A DNA stretch of 64,000 nt from positions 1-64,000 of the forward strand of contig BROI01000026.1 in NCBI GenBank assembly GCA_027923505.1. Reading direction: 5' to 3'. The translations under genes and the position numbers were made by a program. The notes beneath the pieces are model-generated. The model was not told where the DNA came from, searched no databases, and saw only the letters and a list, made by a program, of their open reading frames with translations. This DNA comes from Mayamaea pseudoterrestris. Taxonomy: Eukaryota. Shown here in pieces: positions 23,658 to 35,143 of this stretch; position 1 is the stretch's first letter, and every line of letters begins with the position of its first letter.

Positions 23658-24671
23658 ATGAAGATCCTCGTTGCATCTACTTTTCTACTCGCAAAGATTT
23701 GTTATGTAATATCCTACAATCTCCCATCGAATTTTCCCGTTAGTACGCGACAAGCCCTCATCAAAAAGTCGCAAGAAATTTGCGACACGGCTGGTTACAC
23801 AACCGCTGGTTTCTCGAATCGCAAGGGCCTCGTCTTGACGCCACTATCGCTCAATGAAAGAGACGTGTGCAGCGTATACGCGGCTGATCGACCGTTTCTA
23901 TGGAACAATATTGATGTCATGGGACGCATGGTAGTGTTGGAACTGCCTTCTGGTAGCGACAAACCGGATCTCTGGGTGCATTCGCCAGTTGCTCTGGACG
24001 GACCATTGCAAAAGGCACTCGACTCGATTGGGAATGTCAAGCATATTGTATCACCAAACTATGAGCATGTCAAATATGCGGGACAGTGGAAGCAAGCTTA
24101 TCCAAATGCTGAACTGTGGGGTTGTCCGGGGCTTGCCGCTCGGGAGACGAATGCAGCTTGGAGCGGTGAGATTCCAGACGGCTATCGGCCACCAAAGTTT
24201 GATGGTTCAGCACAAGAGTCATCGGCACTAAACGCCAAACTATGGCGCGCCGATCAGATTGAGTCACTGCATGTTGATGCTGAGATCAATCCTTTTACGC
24301 GCAAGCCCTTTTTCAACGAATGCATATTTTATCACAAGCCCAGCAAGAGTTTGATCACGACGGATTACTTTTGGAACTATCCAGAATCCGTCGTTCCAAA
24401 CTCTCAATTTGGACAAGACGATAGTTGGGAGCTTGCTCCAGTGGTTGATAAGATACCCATTGGCAGCAAACTATGGAAGTTTGGCATGGACAAGGTGTAC
24501 CTGCCCTTCTTTGACAACTTCATGGTGCAGGACAAGACGGCGTATCGAAAGATTGTAAAGCACATGCTGGATGTTTGGGATATCGAAATGATTGTTCCCG
24601 CTCATGGGGATGTGATTCGTGGGAAGGACTTGGTACGAAAGGCACTGACAAAGTTTTACAGCTATGAGTAA
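23658..24671 (+). CDS. DUF4336-family (metallo-beta-lactamase-like fold) protein with N-terminal signal peptide
   Basis: Motifs RMVVLEL, LWVHSPV, VKHIVSPNYEH, PFFNE..FYHKPSKSLITTD and IVPAHG. Confidence 0.8.
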   Translation: MKILVASTFLLAKICYVISYNLPSNFPVSTRQALIKKSQEICDTAGYTTAGFSNRKGLVLTPLSLNERDVCSVYAADRPFLWNNIDVMGRMVVLELPSGSDKPDLWVHSPVALDGPLQKALDSIGNVKHIVSPNYEHVKYAGQWKQAYPNAELWGCPGLAARETNAAWSGEIPDGYRPPKFDGSAQESSALNAKLWRADQIESLHVDAEINPFTRKPFFNECIFYHKPSKSLITTDYFWNYPESVVPNSQFGQDDSWELAPVVDKIPIGSKLWKFGMDKVYLPFFDNFMVQDKTAYRKIVKHMLDVWDIEMIVPAHGDVIRGKDLVRKALTKFYSYE

Positions 24672-24780
24672 GAGACGTTTCTCGAAAACAATTGGCCACA
24701 TAATCTCATAGAACCGGTAGCTACACATGTACTACGTTAATTAAATTTGTGCGCAAGCTATTCTATTAACGTTGCAGTAA

Positions 24781-25626
24781 CTACCAGTCCGCTGTTCCCT
24801 CAAACTGATTTGAATTCTCCGGTGTAATTCCCTTGCTCGCCAGCAGCTTTCCTAGTGGCGATTCAACCTTGATCTTGCCTGACATGAACGGATAGAATTT
24901 ACCCGGTGGTCCAGGATTCTTGGAAAGCTCCTCTTTGACGATGCCTTCAATAACCTCACGGCCGTGCGCAATATTGTACACCTTCTCGGCAACCTTGGCT
25001 GGCACGACAACTACACCATCCTGATCGCCGACAATGGCATCGCCCGGTCGCACCGTGACGCCACTCACATTCACCACTCCATTACACTCCCACGGTTGCA
25101 TGGCGGCTGGTCCTTGACGCGCCGTCGTTCCATGACTAAAGCAAGGAAAGCCGTAGTTGATAATTTCATCCGTATCTCGGACCGATCCATCCGTCACGAG
25201 TCCGCCAATCTTGCGCTGCATGAGTCGCAGAAACTTGATATCGCCACCGACGCTTTCATGCGGCCCCACAGATGCCATGACCAAGACTTCATTGGGTCCG
25301 CATAGTTCAAACGCTTCATACTCTGGCGACTCTCCTCCAGCTGGCTTGTCCTGCGCAATGTCGGGTCGGGCAGGAACAAACTGCAGCGTCACGGCTCGGC
25401 CAACACATCTCATGCTTGGGGCAAGTGGACGGGCATTGTCAATCTGCGCCGCTGGCCATCCCATGACCCAAAGTCCGTCGACGAGGGCTTGCGTGGAAAG
25501 GCTTCCAAGTTTGGAAAGGAGTTCATCGGAAATATGGCCGCCGGATGCTGGGCCTGTTGCAAACGAACGAAGCGCGACGCTGCGAAGCGTAGATGAAGAA
25601 AGTAGGCGGGAAGTGGACGAGAGCAT
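24781..25626 (-). CDS. RraA-like / HMG-CHA aldolase family protein with mitochondrial-type transit peptide
   Basis: GRAVT, GLVTDGSVRD and V.V.GVTVRPGD.IVGD.DGVVVVP are typical of the family. Arg/Ser-rich N-terminus ending LRSFAT. Confidence 0.85.
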   Translation of the reverse strand: MLSSTSRLLSSSTLRSVALRSFATGPASGGHISDELLSKLGSLSTQALVDGLWVMGWPAAQIDNARPLAPSMRCVGRAVTLQFVPARPDIAQDKPAGGESPEYEAFELCGPNEVLVMASVGPHESVGGDIKFLRLMQRKIGGLVTDGSVRDTDEIINYGFPCFSHGTTARQGPAAMQPWECNGVVNVSGVTVRPGDAIVGDQDGVVVVPAKVAEKVYNIAHGREVIEGIVKEELSKNPGPPGKFYPFMSGKIKVESPLGKLLASKGITPENSNQFEGTADW

Positions 25627-25939
25627 GATAGTGATTGATGACTTTCAGTTGTTACTAAAGTGGTATGGAAGGTGATGAGAGCTTGCATGCACGTCAAAGA
25701 ACGGCCGCGTTGAGCCTTGATGATGAGGTTCATTCATGGTGATGAAGCGTTCAACAGGAGAGTGCGATGACGTACGTAAATGATGCTGTCGTATAGCGAA
25801 TCATTAGCGAATCAGATTGTTGTTGATTACCGCACCGACCGAAACGTGACTGACACGAAGCAGCGAGCGAAGGCGATTCTCACAAAACTGCAGGATCCAT
25901 TATACCATTATATCCTTCAAGGCTTTCGTTTACTTTACG

Positions 25940-27664
25940 ATGAGCATCTCTGTCGGTGACTTCGTCGAAATAATGGTGCCTCATGTCGAGGCTGGACACC
26001 GAGGCTACGTGAAAAATCAAAACAACGATGGCAGCCTTCTTCTTCGAACCGATAGTACATTCTTTGGTGGCCACTGCAACGCCATGCTCGGCATAATGAG
26101 ACCCTTGGAACATTTGTTGACTAAAAGCATGTGCACAATGGCAACTGTTCCAGTTTCTTGCATTAGAATTGTGCGGCAACATGAAACTACTGTGGTGACG
26201 AGGATTTGCGACTACATATCGGCCGAGTTCCCTTGCCTTGCCGTCGCATCGTCCTCATTGTCGACAGACATGACGATTCTCCACTCGGAAACTCCACACG
26301 GAAGACTGCGCCGTGTATCCATTCAAGAGCTTCCTGGTTTACATTCGGACGAGTCTGTCTTCGAAAGCTCGGAAATAGAACGGATATTTAGAAGCGTTTA
26401 CGAAGGCAATTTTGTTGTAAATTGGAAACATTCTTTCAAGCCACCGTCGAGTCACAACGAAAGCGATATAGTCCAAGAATGGATGCTTGATGCGGCGAAA
26501 CCAATGTATAGCTTTGAGGTGTTGGTAGCTGGGGCACGTGAGGCAGAGTATACAGTATTGGGCACCGTCACATATACTCCTCCCCAAAGAATCTGCGACG
26601 CTCGTACAAAGAGAGACGGGTTGAGCGCAACGTGGTTATCAACTTTTTCTATATCTCGGAATCAAAACGAATGTCTTACTCTGAGAATCCTTCACTTGCT
26701 TATGCGAATTACAGGCTATGATTTTAGCTACAGCAGTCTAAATGATTTCAAGCTCATCTTTGATCAATTTAAAGCTCGTAACTGGTGGAAGGAAAACTTG
26801 GACATATCCTTGATTTGGTCTGACATCTCAATCCAGCAACCAACTATTCGAAATGACCTCGCTTTTATTAGCTTTACACAGCTGGGAGAAGCACTAGAAG
26901 CTGTGAAGAAGTATACCTTGGCTGCGGACATCTACAGACAGGGTGGAAAAGATTATGCCGACCCCGATTCTGACGATGAATTCTCCGCCTATAACAAAAC
27001 TGGTCTGGCTTAAAAAAGAGGCAGAAAGTTTGACGAAGCGGAGCTGAGTTACTTGGAAGGGCTTCGCATACTTATACGTCGCGATGGAAGGCATGGGCTC
27101 CACCACCACTTTTTCAAAATAATGGCGGTGAATCTGCGAATCATGTACGACGATCGAGCAGACCTTGAAATTTCCGCGTCGCGCCATTCAATATTTTGTG
27201 AATTACCTGCGCTTATGAACACCTTGATGGATATCGCGAACATTCATCCGTTCGACGTACCTGGTTATAGCCAGTCCTGGATAGTCAGATCAAAGTATCA
27301 ATTTCAACGAGCTGCTCAGTTGGCGCTTTTTGAAGCTTATCAAACTACTACCCCAGAATTCTTTCGAGCCAAGGTACTCTCATGGAAGCGAAGTGGCGTG
27401 GAAATTCCATTTGGACCTTTCGGAGACGCTTATAAAACGAAAGACGACGTGAAAAATGAGTCGAAATTTCGAGCGCGCAAAAATATCCTCATGATGGCTA
27501 CACATATGGGATCCGTAAGCTGCGAAAACCCAGATTGCCGCACACTGACGGGCTTTATTGAGCAACTACTGCGCTGCAGTCGGTGCAAATGTGTTTCATA
27601 CTGTTCCAAAGAATGCCAGCTGGCCCATTGGAAGGCTTACCGGCCGACATGCCCCAAACCATAG
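25940..27664 (+). pseudogene. TPR-like + C-terminal MYND zinc-finger gene interrupted by one in-frame TAA (27011-27013)
   Basis: ORFs 25940-27013 and 27053-27664 are in the same frame. Read-through gives TPR-like AYNKTGLA*KRGRKFDEAELSY. The MYND motif CENPDC..CSRCKCVSYCSKECQLAHWKAYRPTC has Y where the second His is expected. Confidence 0.72.
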
Positions 27665-27820
27665 TTTTCATTTTATTAGCGGTCAGATGATGTCTGATGC
27701 CTGATGCTATTTGGCCTGTTTGTCGCTCCAGAAATAAACTATGTTTTCGGTCGCGGATCGATTGAGTCAACCGTGCACGTACGGTATATTAGTGAAAACT
27801 AATAGATTGCATTCCATGTA

Positions 27821-28080
27821 TCTTACAAGCTGTCGCAATTTGACGGTTTCTACCAATCCTGTAGATTTAGCCTGCTACTCTGAGATTTCCAACATTAGCG
27901 CGAGGAGGCATTTCGATAGCTGAGCGCTAAAAGATACAGCGATATATTAATTGAAGCTAATAATCTTACAAGCTGTTGGATTTTGACGGTTCTTACCGGT
28001 AGATGTAGCCTGCTATACCCACGACTTCTGATGTTAGCATTAGGGCGCGTTGAATAGCTAGACACAAAGATACAGCGGTA
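27821..28080. repeat. Degenerate two-copy direct repeat, ~143-bp period
   Basis: TCTTACAAGCTGT...TTTGACGGTT...GTAGAT.TAGCCTGCTA...AAAGATACAGCG occurs starting at 27821 and again at 27964. Confidence 0.7.
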
Positions 28081-28198
28081 ATGAAAAGTTTTTCAATGGC
28101 GCATCTATTTGACCGTTGTCCGGCGCGACCATGATGATCAATTTCGCAAAACTCGCTCGTTCATTCACCAGCTCGCCATTTACTTATGCATTCAAACC

Positions 28199-28900
28199 AT
28201 GTCAGACGAAATCGCTCCTAATATCACTGCTGCTGCTACCGTTACAGCCATCTGTCGCCTTGCGGAAACTGGAGTTGTTCCGGGCGTCTATGTGAAATGG
28301 CCAAATGGCCAGTATCACTTGGTGCGAACGTCCACGGGCCTTGCACCTGCTGCGGCAATTGACGCTTCGAACCTGCCTTCGCTTGATCCTCCTGATTCTC
28401 CGGATGATGTTATTGTAGAGGAGGTTGTTTCTTTTGAAACAGCTCTGCAGCGCCGCTACGCCAAGGCCGAGGAGGAAGGCAATGTGCTTTCATGCCTCGA
28501 CGACAGCAACGATTACGGCAAGAACGCGTCTTTCATTGTTCAGGTAGACGGAAAGGAAATGATTACGATTCTGGACAGCAGCAGCGACGAAGAAGGAGAC
28601 GACGAGAAGAAAAAGAGTTCCTCCAAGCCTGCAGCTGCGTCAACGAAGGGATCGATTTTGGACAAGGACTCCCTTTCAGACCTCTCTTACAATGACGACG
28701 AGGACGGCGACGACAGTGGAGACGACGAGTTTAGCTATTGCAGCAAATGTGATAGTGATTGCGCAGTTAAGGGCGTCCCCAAGCGTGCTGCTGCCCCTGC
28801 GAAGACGAAGACGCCAACAACCAAGTCTGTGCCGCTGTCGGAAATGATGAATGGACTTCAGGTTCGCCGCAGCAGTCGCTTGATTGCCAAGAAGAAGTAG
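28199..28900 (+). CDS. Hypothetical acidic, probably nuclear protein (233 aa)
   Basis: ATG at 28199. Acidic tracts, SIM-like segments (VIVEEV, ITILDSSSDEE) and a basic C-terminus RRSSRLIAKKK. Confidence 0.65.
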   Translation: MSDEIAPNITAAATVTAICRLAETGVVPGVYVKWPNGQYHLVRTSTGLAPAAAIDASNLPSLDPPDSPDDVIVEEVVSFETALQRRYAKAEEEGNVLSCLDDSNDYGKNASFIVQVDGKEMITILDSSSDEEGDDEKKKSSSKPAAASTKGSILDKDSLSDLSYNDDEDGDDSGDDEFSYCSKCDSDCAVKGVPKRAAAPAKTKTPTTKSVPLSEMMNGLQVRRSSRLIAKKK

Positions 28901-29503
28901 AGGCGCAAACATTCACTTGCTGTTTGCGAAAAGTCACTACTTTTCGACTCCATCTAGAACGCTCGCAACGGCTTGTCTCCGTTGCCCAAGTCCAGCTTCA
29001 ATCGTTGCCGATTGAATACCTGACACTGGAGCCCTCGCTCTGTCTCATTCTTCCATGTAAGTAATAATCATACATCAAAAATAATTACTCTTCTCGTAGC
29101 ACTTCTTCGTGTATGCTTGGTTTGCGCATATCATTACACGGCTTTGTTATAGCAACGCCTCCGTCATGGCGAGGCCTCCGTTGACAGCCCGTCTTGCGAC
29201 TCAAGTCGACCCGCTAACTCAAAAATCAACGATTTCACAGGAGCTGCGCTTACTGTTGATGTGTGATGCAAGAAAGTCGTCCACAAACCGTAAATATGGC
29301 GCAACCTTGCTTGTTTGAAACAATCGAAACAAGCAATGCATCGTTGGCAGCAGCCACTCACACTATCAAACACAAGTACGATAGTATCTTTCACATAAAC
29401 GTTTTAATAGTAGTTAGTATTACCAAGGTATAGCAAGTAGACGATTGATAATCGTCTGCATTACTCTAACAAAATGTAGGTGCCCATTGCTTGTTGCGCG
29501 CAT

Positions 29504-30661
29504 TTACAGAAGAGTATTCTTCTTGACGCCAAGACGCGTGCGCAAGTACCAAACGTAAAAGGCCATGGCGCAAAATGCCATTGCGAAAATGACAATAAAG
29601 CTCGTGGCAACGGCACTTGGACGAGACGAGCCAGTGTCAATGATTCCATCCTGGCGAATCACCTTGACTCCCTCCATGTACGTGCAAGCGTTATTGTTTG
29701 GCGTGGTAACCATGCCCGATGGGTATGACGACTCGCACTTGCCGGCTCCGAGGTAAACTTCCTCGCACATTTGACTGACAGCGTCGGCATCGGCTTGGTC
29801 ATTCTCGTTCTGGTTGTCTTGGTTCTGCGTCTCCTTGCACGAAAGGCACTTGGCGTCAATGAGCGAGTCAGACGAGCCGCTGTAGGGAAGCTTGTAGCCA
29901 AACATACTGTAAAAGTCAACATCTTCGGCTTCGACAGAGCATGAATCGTCCGTGAACAAGCCAAGCTTAATGGATCCGCCTTGGCTGGAGCAGTAAGGTC
30001 CGACAAAGTACTGCGCTTGGTCCTCGCCGTTATTGTTATTGTCTCCATTGTCATTGTTTTGCGCCTTGACTTCCTTGCACTCCATGTAGTCTTCAAGCTT
30101 GAACTCATCCTGGTTACCTTGGTCGTCCTCGTAGGGGTTGCGGTCAATGCACTGGGACATGCCGGCATTCTTAAAGCAGTCATACTCGCAGTACTCGGCG
30201 TTAAAGTCATCGCCCTTGTCGTCCGAGTCCTCGCAGTCGCACGTGGCGGCCAAGTAGTTGGCGCACTCCCACTCATCCGAAGTTCTCTTGCCTTCAATGT
30301 AGGACTGCATAAAGGTATCCATATCGATAATGTAGTCTCCGTATCCAGAGCTGCAGCCAGCCGCCTTGTTGGCACTGCAACTATCGGAAGGACACATGCG
30401 GAATCGTACCAATCGCTTGGTGGCAATGCGAACATCCTCCTTGTCATCCGCTTCGTCGTTCCACTGCTTGACGGCAAGGCAGCCTTGGAACTTGACAGAG
30501 TAACCAGTCATCCAGGCGTACTCCGTCTCCCAGTCCACTTCGCCATCAAGGCGGCGAGCCTTGGACACCAAGTGCTTGCCAACGGCCGAGTCGGACGTAA
30601 TGTCGACTGCGGCGCTGGCAATGGAGAAAAGAGCGGAAAGGACACCAAGAGAAAACTTCAT
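29504..30661 (-). CDS. Silicanin (Sin1)-like SDV membrane protein, paralog 1
   Basis: Signal peptide MKFSLGVLSALFSIASA and RRL propeptide motif. Cys-rich acidic N/Q-rich lumenal domain (YSVKFQGC, KRLVRFRMCP, GYGDYIIDM, VGPYC, GLFTDD.C, CEEVY..AGKCE), one C-terminal TM helix and a short basic tail. Confidence 0.8.
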   Translation of the reverse strand: MKFSLGVLSALFSIASAAVDITSDSAVGKHLVSKARRLDGEVDWETEYAWMTGYSVKFQGCLAVKQWNDEADDKEDVRIATKRLVRFRMCPSDSCSANKAAGCSSGYGDYIIDMDTFMQSYIEGKRTSDEWECANYLAATCDCEDSDDKGDDFNAEYCEYDCFKNAGMSQCIDRNPYEDDQGNQDEFKLEDYMECKEVKAQNNDNGDNNNNGEDQAQYFVGPYCSSQGGSIKLGLFTDDSCSVEAEDVDFYSMFGYKLPYSGSSDSLIDAKCLSCKETQNQDNQNENDQADADAVSQMCEEVYLGAGKCESSYPSGMVTTPNNNACTYMEGVKVIRQDGIIDTGSSRPSAVATSFIVIFAMAFCAMAFYVWYLRTRLGVKKNTLL

Positions 30662-31354
30662 TGTAGTAGTATAGTAGGAGAGAGAGGGAGAGTGATGCAA
30701 GCAAACCTCAATGGGAGTCGATTCGATCAATATTCGTCGCTATGGATGATGAGCGAGGACCGGCAGTGGCTGCCTCCATTGGTTTGGCGAACGGCATCGG
30801 TTGGGCGAGCGACCCAGCCGTTGAAACATCCGCCAGTCCTATGTAGACTACGCGGGAGTCATTGGTCAAGCGTAACTACGCGAAGGTTGAAACGCACTCT
30901 GGCTAGGCTGGCGTGCGGTCGGAGGAGTCGGCGACGAACGAGCGAGGTTGGGTTTTGGCGCCAAGACGTTTCGATCTTTCGGTCTTTGTCTTATCGGTTT
31001 TGACGGCAGCTATCCTCGACTTCTGTGCGTTGCGATAATCCATTAGCTGCCGTAGAGTTGCGAATTCATCTACGCTCCAGATGTCATAAACGCAGTCACT
31101 TGTTGTACTAACTTCTAAAAAAACATCAATCCTAGGCCATGTGTATCGTCAGGTTTCTCGGCTATACCAGCCTATTGTTACTCCGCAGTTCGACAGACAC
31201 TCACGTACAAAGATTAGGACAACAGGCTTGTTAGTTAACTCGAACAGAGTGCTTTATTTATATCTTCATTATTATTTCTACTTTGCTACAACGTGGTAAA
31301 TTACACGACATATATAGTTGCTTGTTGCCGGCAAAAAGACAATTCAAAAACGAC

Positions 31355-34300
31355 TCAAGCAGTCTCGCCTTGTCCCTGCAGCGACGCGATAGCCTTTTTG
31401 ATATCCTTGTATCGACGATACTGGTTGGCCACAGGTTGAATATCGGTATAACTCGAGACTTGGCGATTGTGCTCACGGAAAAAGTCCTTCTCGTATGATC
31501 GAAGCATTTGATGCAGCTGACTCTTTTCCGTTTTGAGTGAGGCAAGGTCCTGGCCAGCAGGTGCCGATGCAGGCTGACTACGTGTTGACATTGGCGGCGA
31601 CCCAGCAACAGGCAGCTTGCGACGCGAGCGAGGAGTTGGAACGGGCATGACTCGAGCAGCAGCAGAGTCGTCGCTTCCGCTATTTTCTGATCCAGAGGTT
31701 GGCGATAGGCGTTGGGGCAAAAATGGAGCAGGCGGCGTGGGCGACATTTGCAAAGGAGAAAGTGGCGCGACGATCCCAACATCTCGCGAATGCCTTCCTT
31801 CCGACTCCATCAACGTGATTTTGCTTTTGAGTAAATTATATGCTTCGTAAAGGTGACGAATCGGTTCCTTCTCCGCCTTGACAGGCATACGACCATGCCT
31901 TCTCGCAAAGTTCATGTCGTATTGCTTGAGTTGCTGCTTCAAATCTCGTTTGTGTCCCTGCAGCTCCGGTAGTTCTAAGCCCTCAAAGTCGGGAGTATTG
32001 CTGCTGATGCTTGTCAGCGAGCTAGTCCTTGCCAGTTCGGATGGAGAGGTTGGGCCTGAGGGCGTAGCACTCATCGTTGGCGAGGCATCCCCTCGGTCGC
32101 TCGAACTGCGCCGCCGAACGATCTTGCTGGCCCATGGAAGATTCTGACCAGGTGGAATGTTCGGGTCAGTGACAGGACTTGCTCGCGGTGGTGCGGGAGG
32201 ACTTAGCATGCTTGAACCTTGATCGTCCGCTTGACCAATTTCCACCGGAAGGCTTATCTGACTCATGATAATACTGTCGCTTGCCTTGCGACGACCAGCC
32301 CTGCCCAACACTACTCGGGTCATCCTAGGATCCTTACCGCGTAGCAACATCAACCGCACATAGGCGCCACGAAACAGAGCCTGGACGCGGCAGGCGGCAT
32401 CCGTTCGAATTGCACGCTTCCATTCCTTGTACTGAGCATATGTTGTAGCCATTGGAGCTCGCTCAGAAGCACCCTTAGGTAGCCGACCATGGACATCTTT
32501 GAAGGCATCTTCAAAACGTTGAATCTGCGCTCGAAGGGCACGACATGCCGCCACCGTCCGCTTTCTTTCCGAGTTAGATGACGTCAACAATCGGTTAGAC
32601 GGTTGAATCAAAGTCGTGGTCGCAGCATTCGAAGTTCGATATGCATCCAATCCCACCGGCGACGCTGATGGAGAATTTTGCGTCGATGCAGGCGGAGCTG
32701 GCAGTCCAAGAAAGGATGGTGCGAGGACGGCCTTGCCAAGCTTTGGCGACAGCGGGTTAGTGTTTGTAAAGTCAGTGGCAAGCGTCTTGGTAGGCGACTT
32801 TGGCGTCACTATCGGAGATCTTGGTGGAGTCATTGGCGTCTTTGTTTCATCGTGCGAACTTGCGCGCTGAAGTGGCGGCGGCGAATGTGGCAATCGTTGC
32901 GACGGCGGACTCAGTGATCGGCCGCCTCGATGAGCCGACTCTCGTGGTGATAGTTCAAAAACTGCCTCAGGCGCAATGGTCAACGACTGCTGCGCCAGAT
33001 ATGATAATGGCGGAGGTGGAGTCGATGGTCCGCCAAAACCAAGCGACCTTGGTGGACTGCGAGGAGAGGACGGAATGACCTTCGGACTGTCCAGTGTCGA
33101 AGCGTGCGGCACCACCGATAACCTCTTAGTAGTACTAGTTGCCCGACGGTTGTGCGGCTTTGGTATATCGGAATGGACATTAGTTCTCGACCAGTCCATC
33201 GTCAGAACACTGCCTATGGATGCACGAATTTGACGGTCCACGGCGATCACTTCCCATTCAGCCAGCATTGCTTCCCTTTGTCCGTCGACCTTTCGACTAG
33301 CGGCCGTCACTGTCAGTGAACGACGACGATGTCCTGGCAAACCCAGCGCCAGTCCCTCCGCTGGTTCCGCATTTACCAAGTCGCGCAACTGTTGAGCGGC
33401 CGACTGCAACGTCTTGGCGCGCTTCTTATCCACCAGCAGCAAGCGACCACGCTCGTACCATCCCTTGCTGAAAACGTCAAAGGCTGAATCAAAAATCAGT
33501 TCCGCAGCCGCTAAAATCGCTTCCATGTCATTTTGATGACGAACACAGTACAGCGCAGCGCCTGGTGGACGAATCAACAGTGGAGCCACGCGCTGGACAA
33601 ACCGCCGTTGGTAGCGCACCGTGCCAGCCATACGTCGCAACTTGGCCAAGAGTAAAATGACTTCACCGGATGGCTGCTCTAGCGATGTAATTAACAATGG
33701 TGCCAGTGCCGCCATAATTTCGGAACGAAGTGGACGATGCTTCATGTGGTTCGTCGTGTCGAGCGAGGTTGGATCAATAATGGATTGCGAATCCAACAAT
33801 GCAACTCCGACGGCAACGATTCCTTCGTAACATTTGGACATGCCTTCGACGCTTTCTAGTGGATTCAACACCATACTTTCCAGCAGCAAGGCAGCTGCTG
33901 CCGATGAGGTCATTGCTTCTGGGTACGGTTCGACGCAGGTTGCAACCTTCTTGTCGTCAACAGCAGCAGACGTAAGTGACAATTGCATCATTCCTTGCTC
34001 CAATCCATTGCCATCACTCAAAAGTTGCAAACGCTGCTGCTTGGCTGCAAGTTGCATCCGGCGTAGCATCAAAGTCAGTAGCATTGTTGCCCTTAACTTG
34101 CTTCTTCTATACTCATTCCGCAGGTACGCTCGCGCAATGGCCTTTTCATGCGGACCAACGTCAAAGAAACGCAGCTTGCGTCTATAAAAGGGCAGCTTGC
34201 TACACGCCAATGGCGCTCCTCTCGAATTGTAATTGTTATTAGCATTGTCCGTCATGGAGGTTGACGCTGACAAGTAAAGTGGCTCGAGTGGATAGTAGCG

Positions 34301-35143
34301 ATCCTCAAGAGCGTCCACGTCGAGTGGTTCCACCGAACAAAGCTCAGGCAATGTCAATAGTTCATCCTCATCGCCGCTGCTTGGATCTTCGTCGCTCTCA
34401 TCTTGACTACTTGATATGCTTGCATTTGCAGAGTTGCTGTATAAAATATTAGTCCGTAGCAAAAAGGCTTCCTCTTGAGCGTCATAGTCACTCAACGATT
34501 CGGCACCAACAAGCTTGTCGAGTCCGTAGTAGAATGCATTGTCCACTGCATTATGAAATACATTCTGCTGCGATGACAATTGTCGCTGTCTCGTACTTGC
34601 GGAAAGCTGCTGCGACGGACTGCCCATGTTGCTATTTGCATTCGTAATCAATCGAGGCTTTTGCCGCAGCGCAGCCTGCAGCTCTCGTCGGCTCTTGCCA
34701 GGCGGACAGAGCAATAATTGCGTGCGAGCTCCTAATCTTAGAGCATTCTGCGTGCACATTAGTACAAGACGAGCTGCATGGCAAGGATTTTGATCCTGCT
34801 GCTGCGACTGAGGACTTGCATGATTACTTGCGTTACTTGCGCTGCTGTGAATTGTAGCCTCTGCGTTTGCCGCTCCGTCTTTTATTATGGCATCACTTCC
34901 AACACTCGTTTGTTCGCTACTGACGCTACTGCTTCCATACGCGACGATTGTTCCCTTGCTTCTATTCCGCTGCATTTGCGGCTTGCTGACTCGTCGGTTT
35001 GTATTGCTTGCGGCAGCCGCGTTGGTAGCAGAGGTACTGCCGCTGTTGCTTCCTCCGCTGGTACTCGCTCCGCCACCGGAGGAAGCGTTCGATTGGCTCG
35101 ACATGGGGACGACGCTGTTGCTAGCTTGTCCCAGCACAAGCAT
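31355..35143 (-). CDS. Large protein with an IQ motif and three FAM13A-C-terminal-like helical repeats
   Basis: 1262-aa ORF. Repeats LRAQIQRFEDAFKDVHGRLP...Y..YK, LKQQLKQYDMNFARRHGRMP...Y..Y..LK and LHQMLRSYEKDFFREHNR...Y.RYK. IQ-like VQALFRGAYVR. Pro/Ser-rich linkers. Confidence 0.8.
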   Translation of the reverse strand: MLVLGQASNSVVPMSSQSNASSGGGASTSGGSNSGSTSATNAAAASNTNRRVSKPQMQRNRSKGTIVAYGSSSVSSEQTSVGSDAIIKDGAANAEATIHSSASNASNHASPQSQQQDQNPCHAARLVLMCTQNALRLGARTQLLLCPPGKSRRELQAALRQKPRLITNANSNMGSPSQQLSASTRQRQLSSQQNVFHNAVDNAFYYGLDKLVGAESLSDYDAQEEAFLLRTNILYSNSANASISSSQDESDEDPSSGDEDELLTLPELCSVEPLDVDALEDRYYPLEPLYLSASTSMTDNANNNYNSRGAPLACSKLPFYRRKLRFFDVGPHEKAIARAYLRNEYRRSKLRATMLLTLMLRRMQLAAKQQRLQLLSDGNGLEQGMMQLSLTSAAVDDKKVATCVEPYPEAMTSSAAAALLLESMVLNPLESVEGMSKCYEGIVAVGVALLDSQSIIDPTSLDTTNHMKHRPLRSEIMAALAPLLITSLEQPSGEVILLLAKLRRMAGTVRYQRRFVQRVAPLLIRPPGAALYCVRHQNDMEAILAAAELIFDSAFDVFSKGWYERGRLLLVDKKRAKTLQSAAQQLRDLVNAEPAEGLALGLPGHRRRSLTVTAASRKVDGQREAMLAEWEVIAVDRQIRASIGSVLTMDWSRTNVHSDIPKPHNRRATSTTKRLSVVPHASTLDSPKVIPSSPRSPPRSLGFGGPSTPPPPLSYLAQQSLTIAPEAVFELSPRESAHRGGRSLSPPSQRLPHSPPPLQRASSHDETKTPMTPPRSPIVTPKSPTKTLATDFTNTNPLSPKLGKAVLAPSFLGLPAPPASTQNSPSASPVGLDAYRTSNAATTTLIQPSNRLLTSSNSERKRTVAACRALRAQIQRFEDAFKDVHGRLPKGASERAPMATTYAQYKEWKRAIRTDAACRVQALFRGAYVRLMLLRGKDPRMTRVVLGRAGRRKASDSIIMSQISLPVEIGQADDQGSSMLSPPAPPRASPVTDPNIPPGQNLPWASKIVRRRSSSDRGDASPTMSATPSGPTSPSELARTSSLTSISSNTPDFEGLELPELQGHKRDLKQQLKQYDMNFARRHGRMPVKAEKEPIRHLYEAYNLLKSKITLMESEGRHSRDVGIVAPLSPLQMSPTPPAPFLPQRLSPTSGSENSGSDDSAAARVMPVPTPRSRRKLPVAGSPPMSTRSQPASAPAGQDLASLKTEKSQLHQMLRSYEKDFFREHNRQVSSYTDIQPVANQYRRYKDIKKAIASLQGQGETA

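Noticed and set aside
29659..31003. Long overlapping or antisense ORFs over silicanin paralog 1 (similarly 41231-42148, 46845-47558, 60292-60864)
   Set aside because: Shadow ORFs caused by the codon bias of the real gene.
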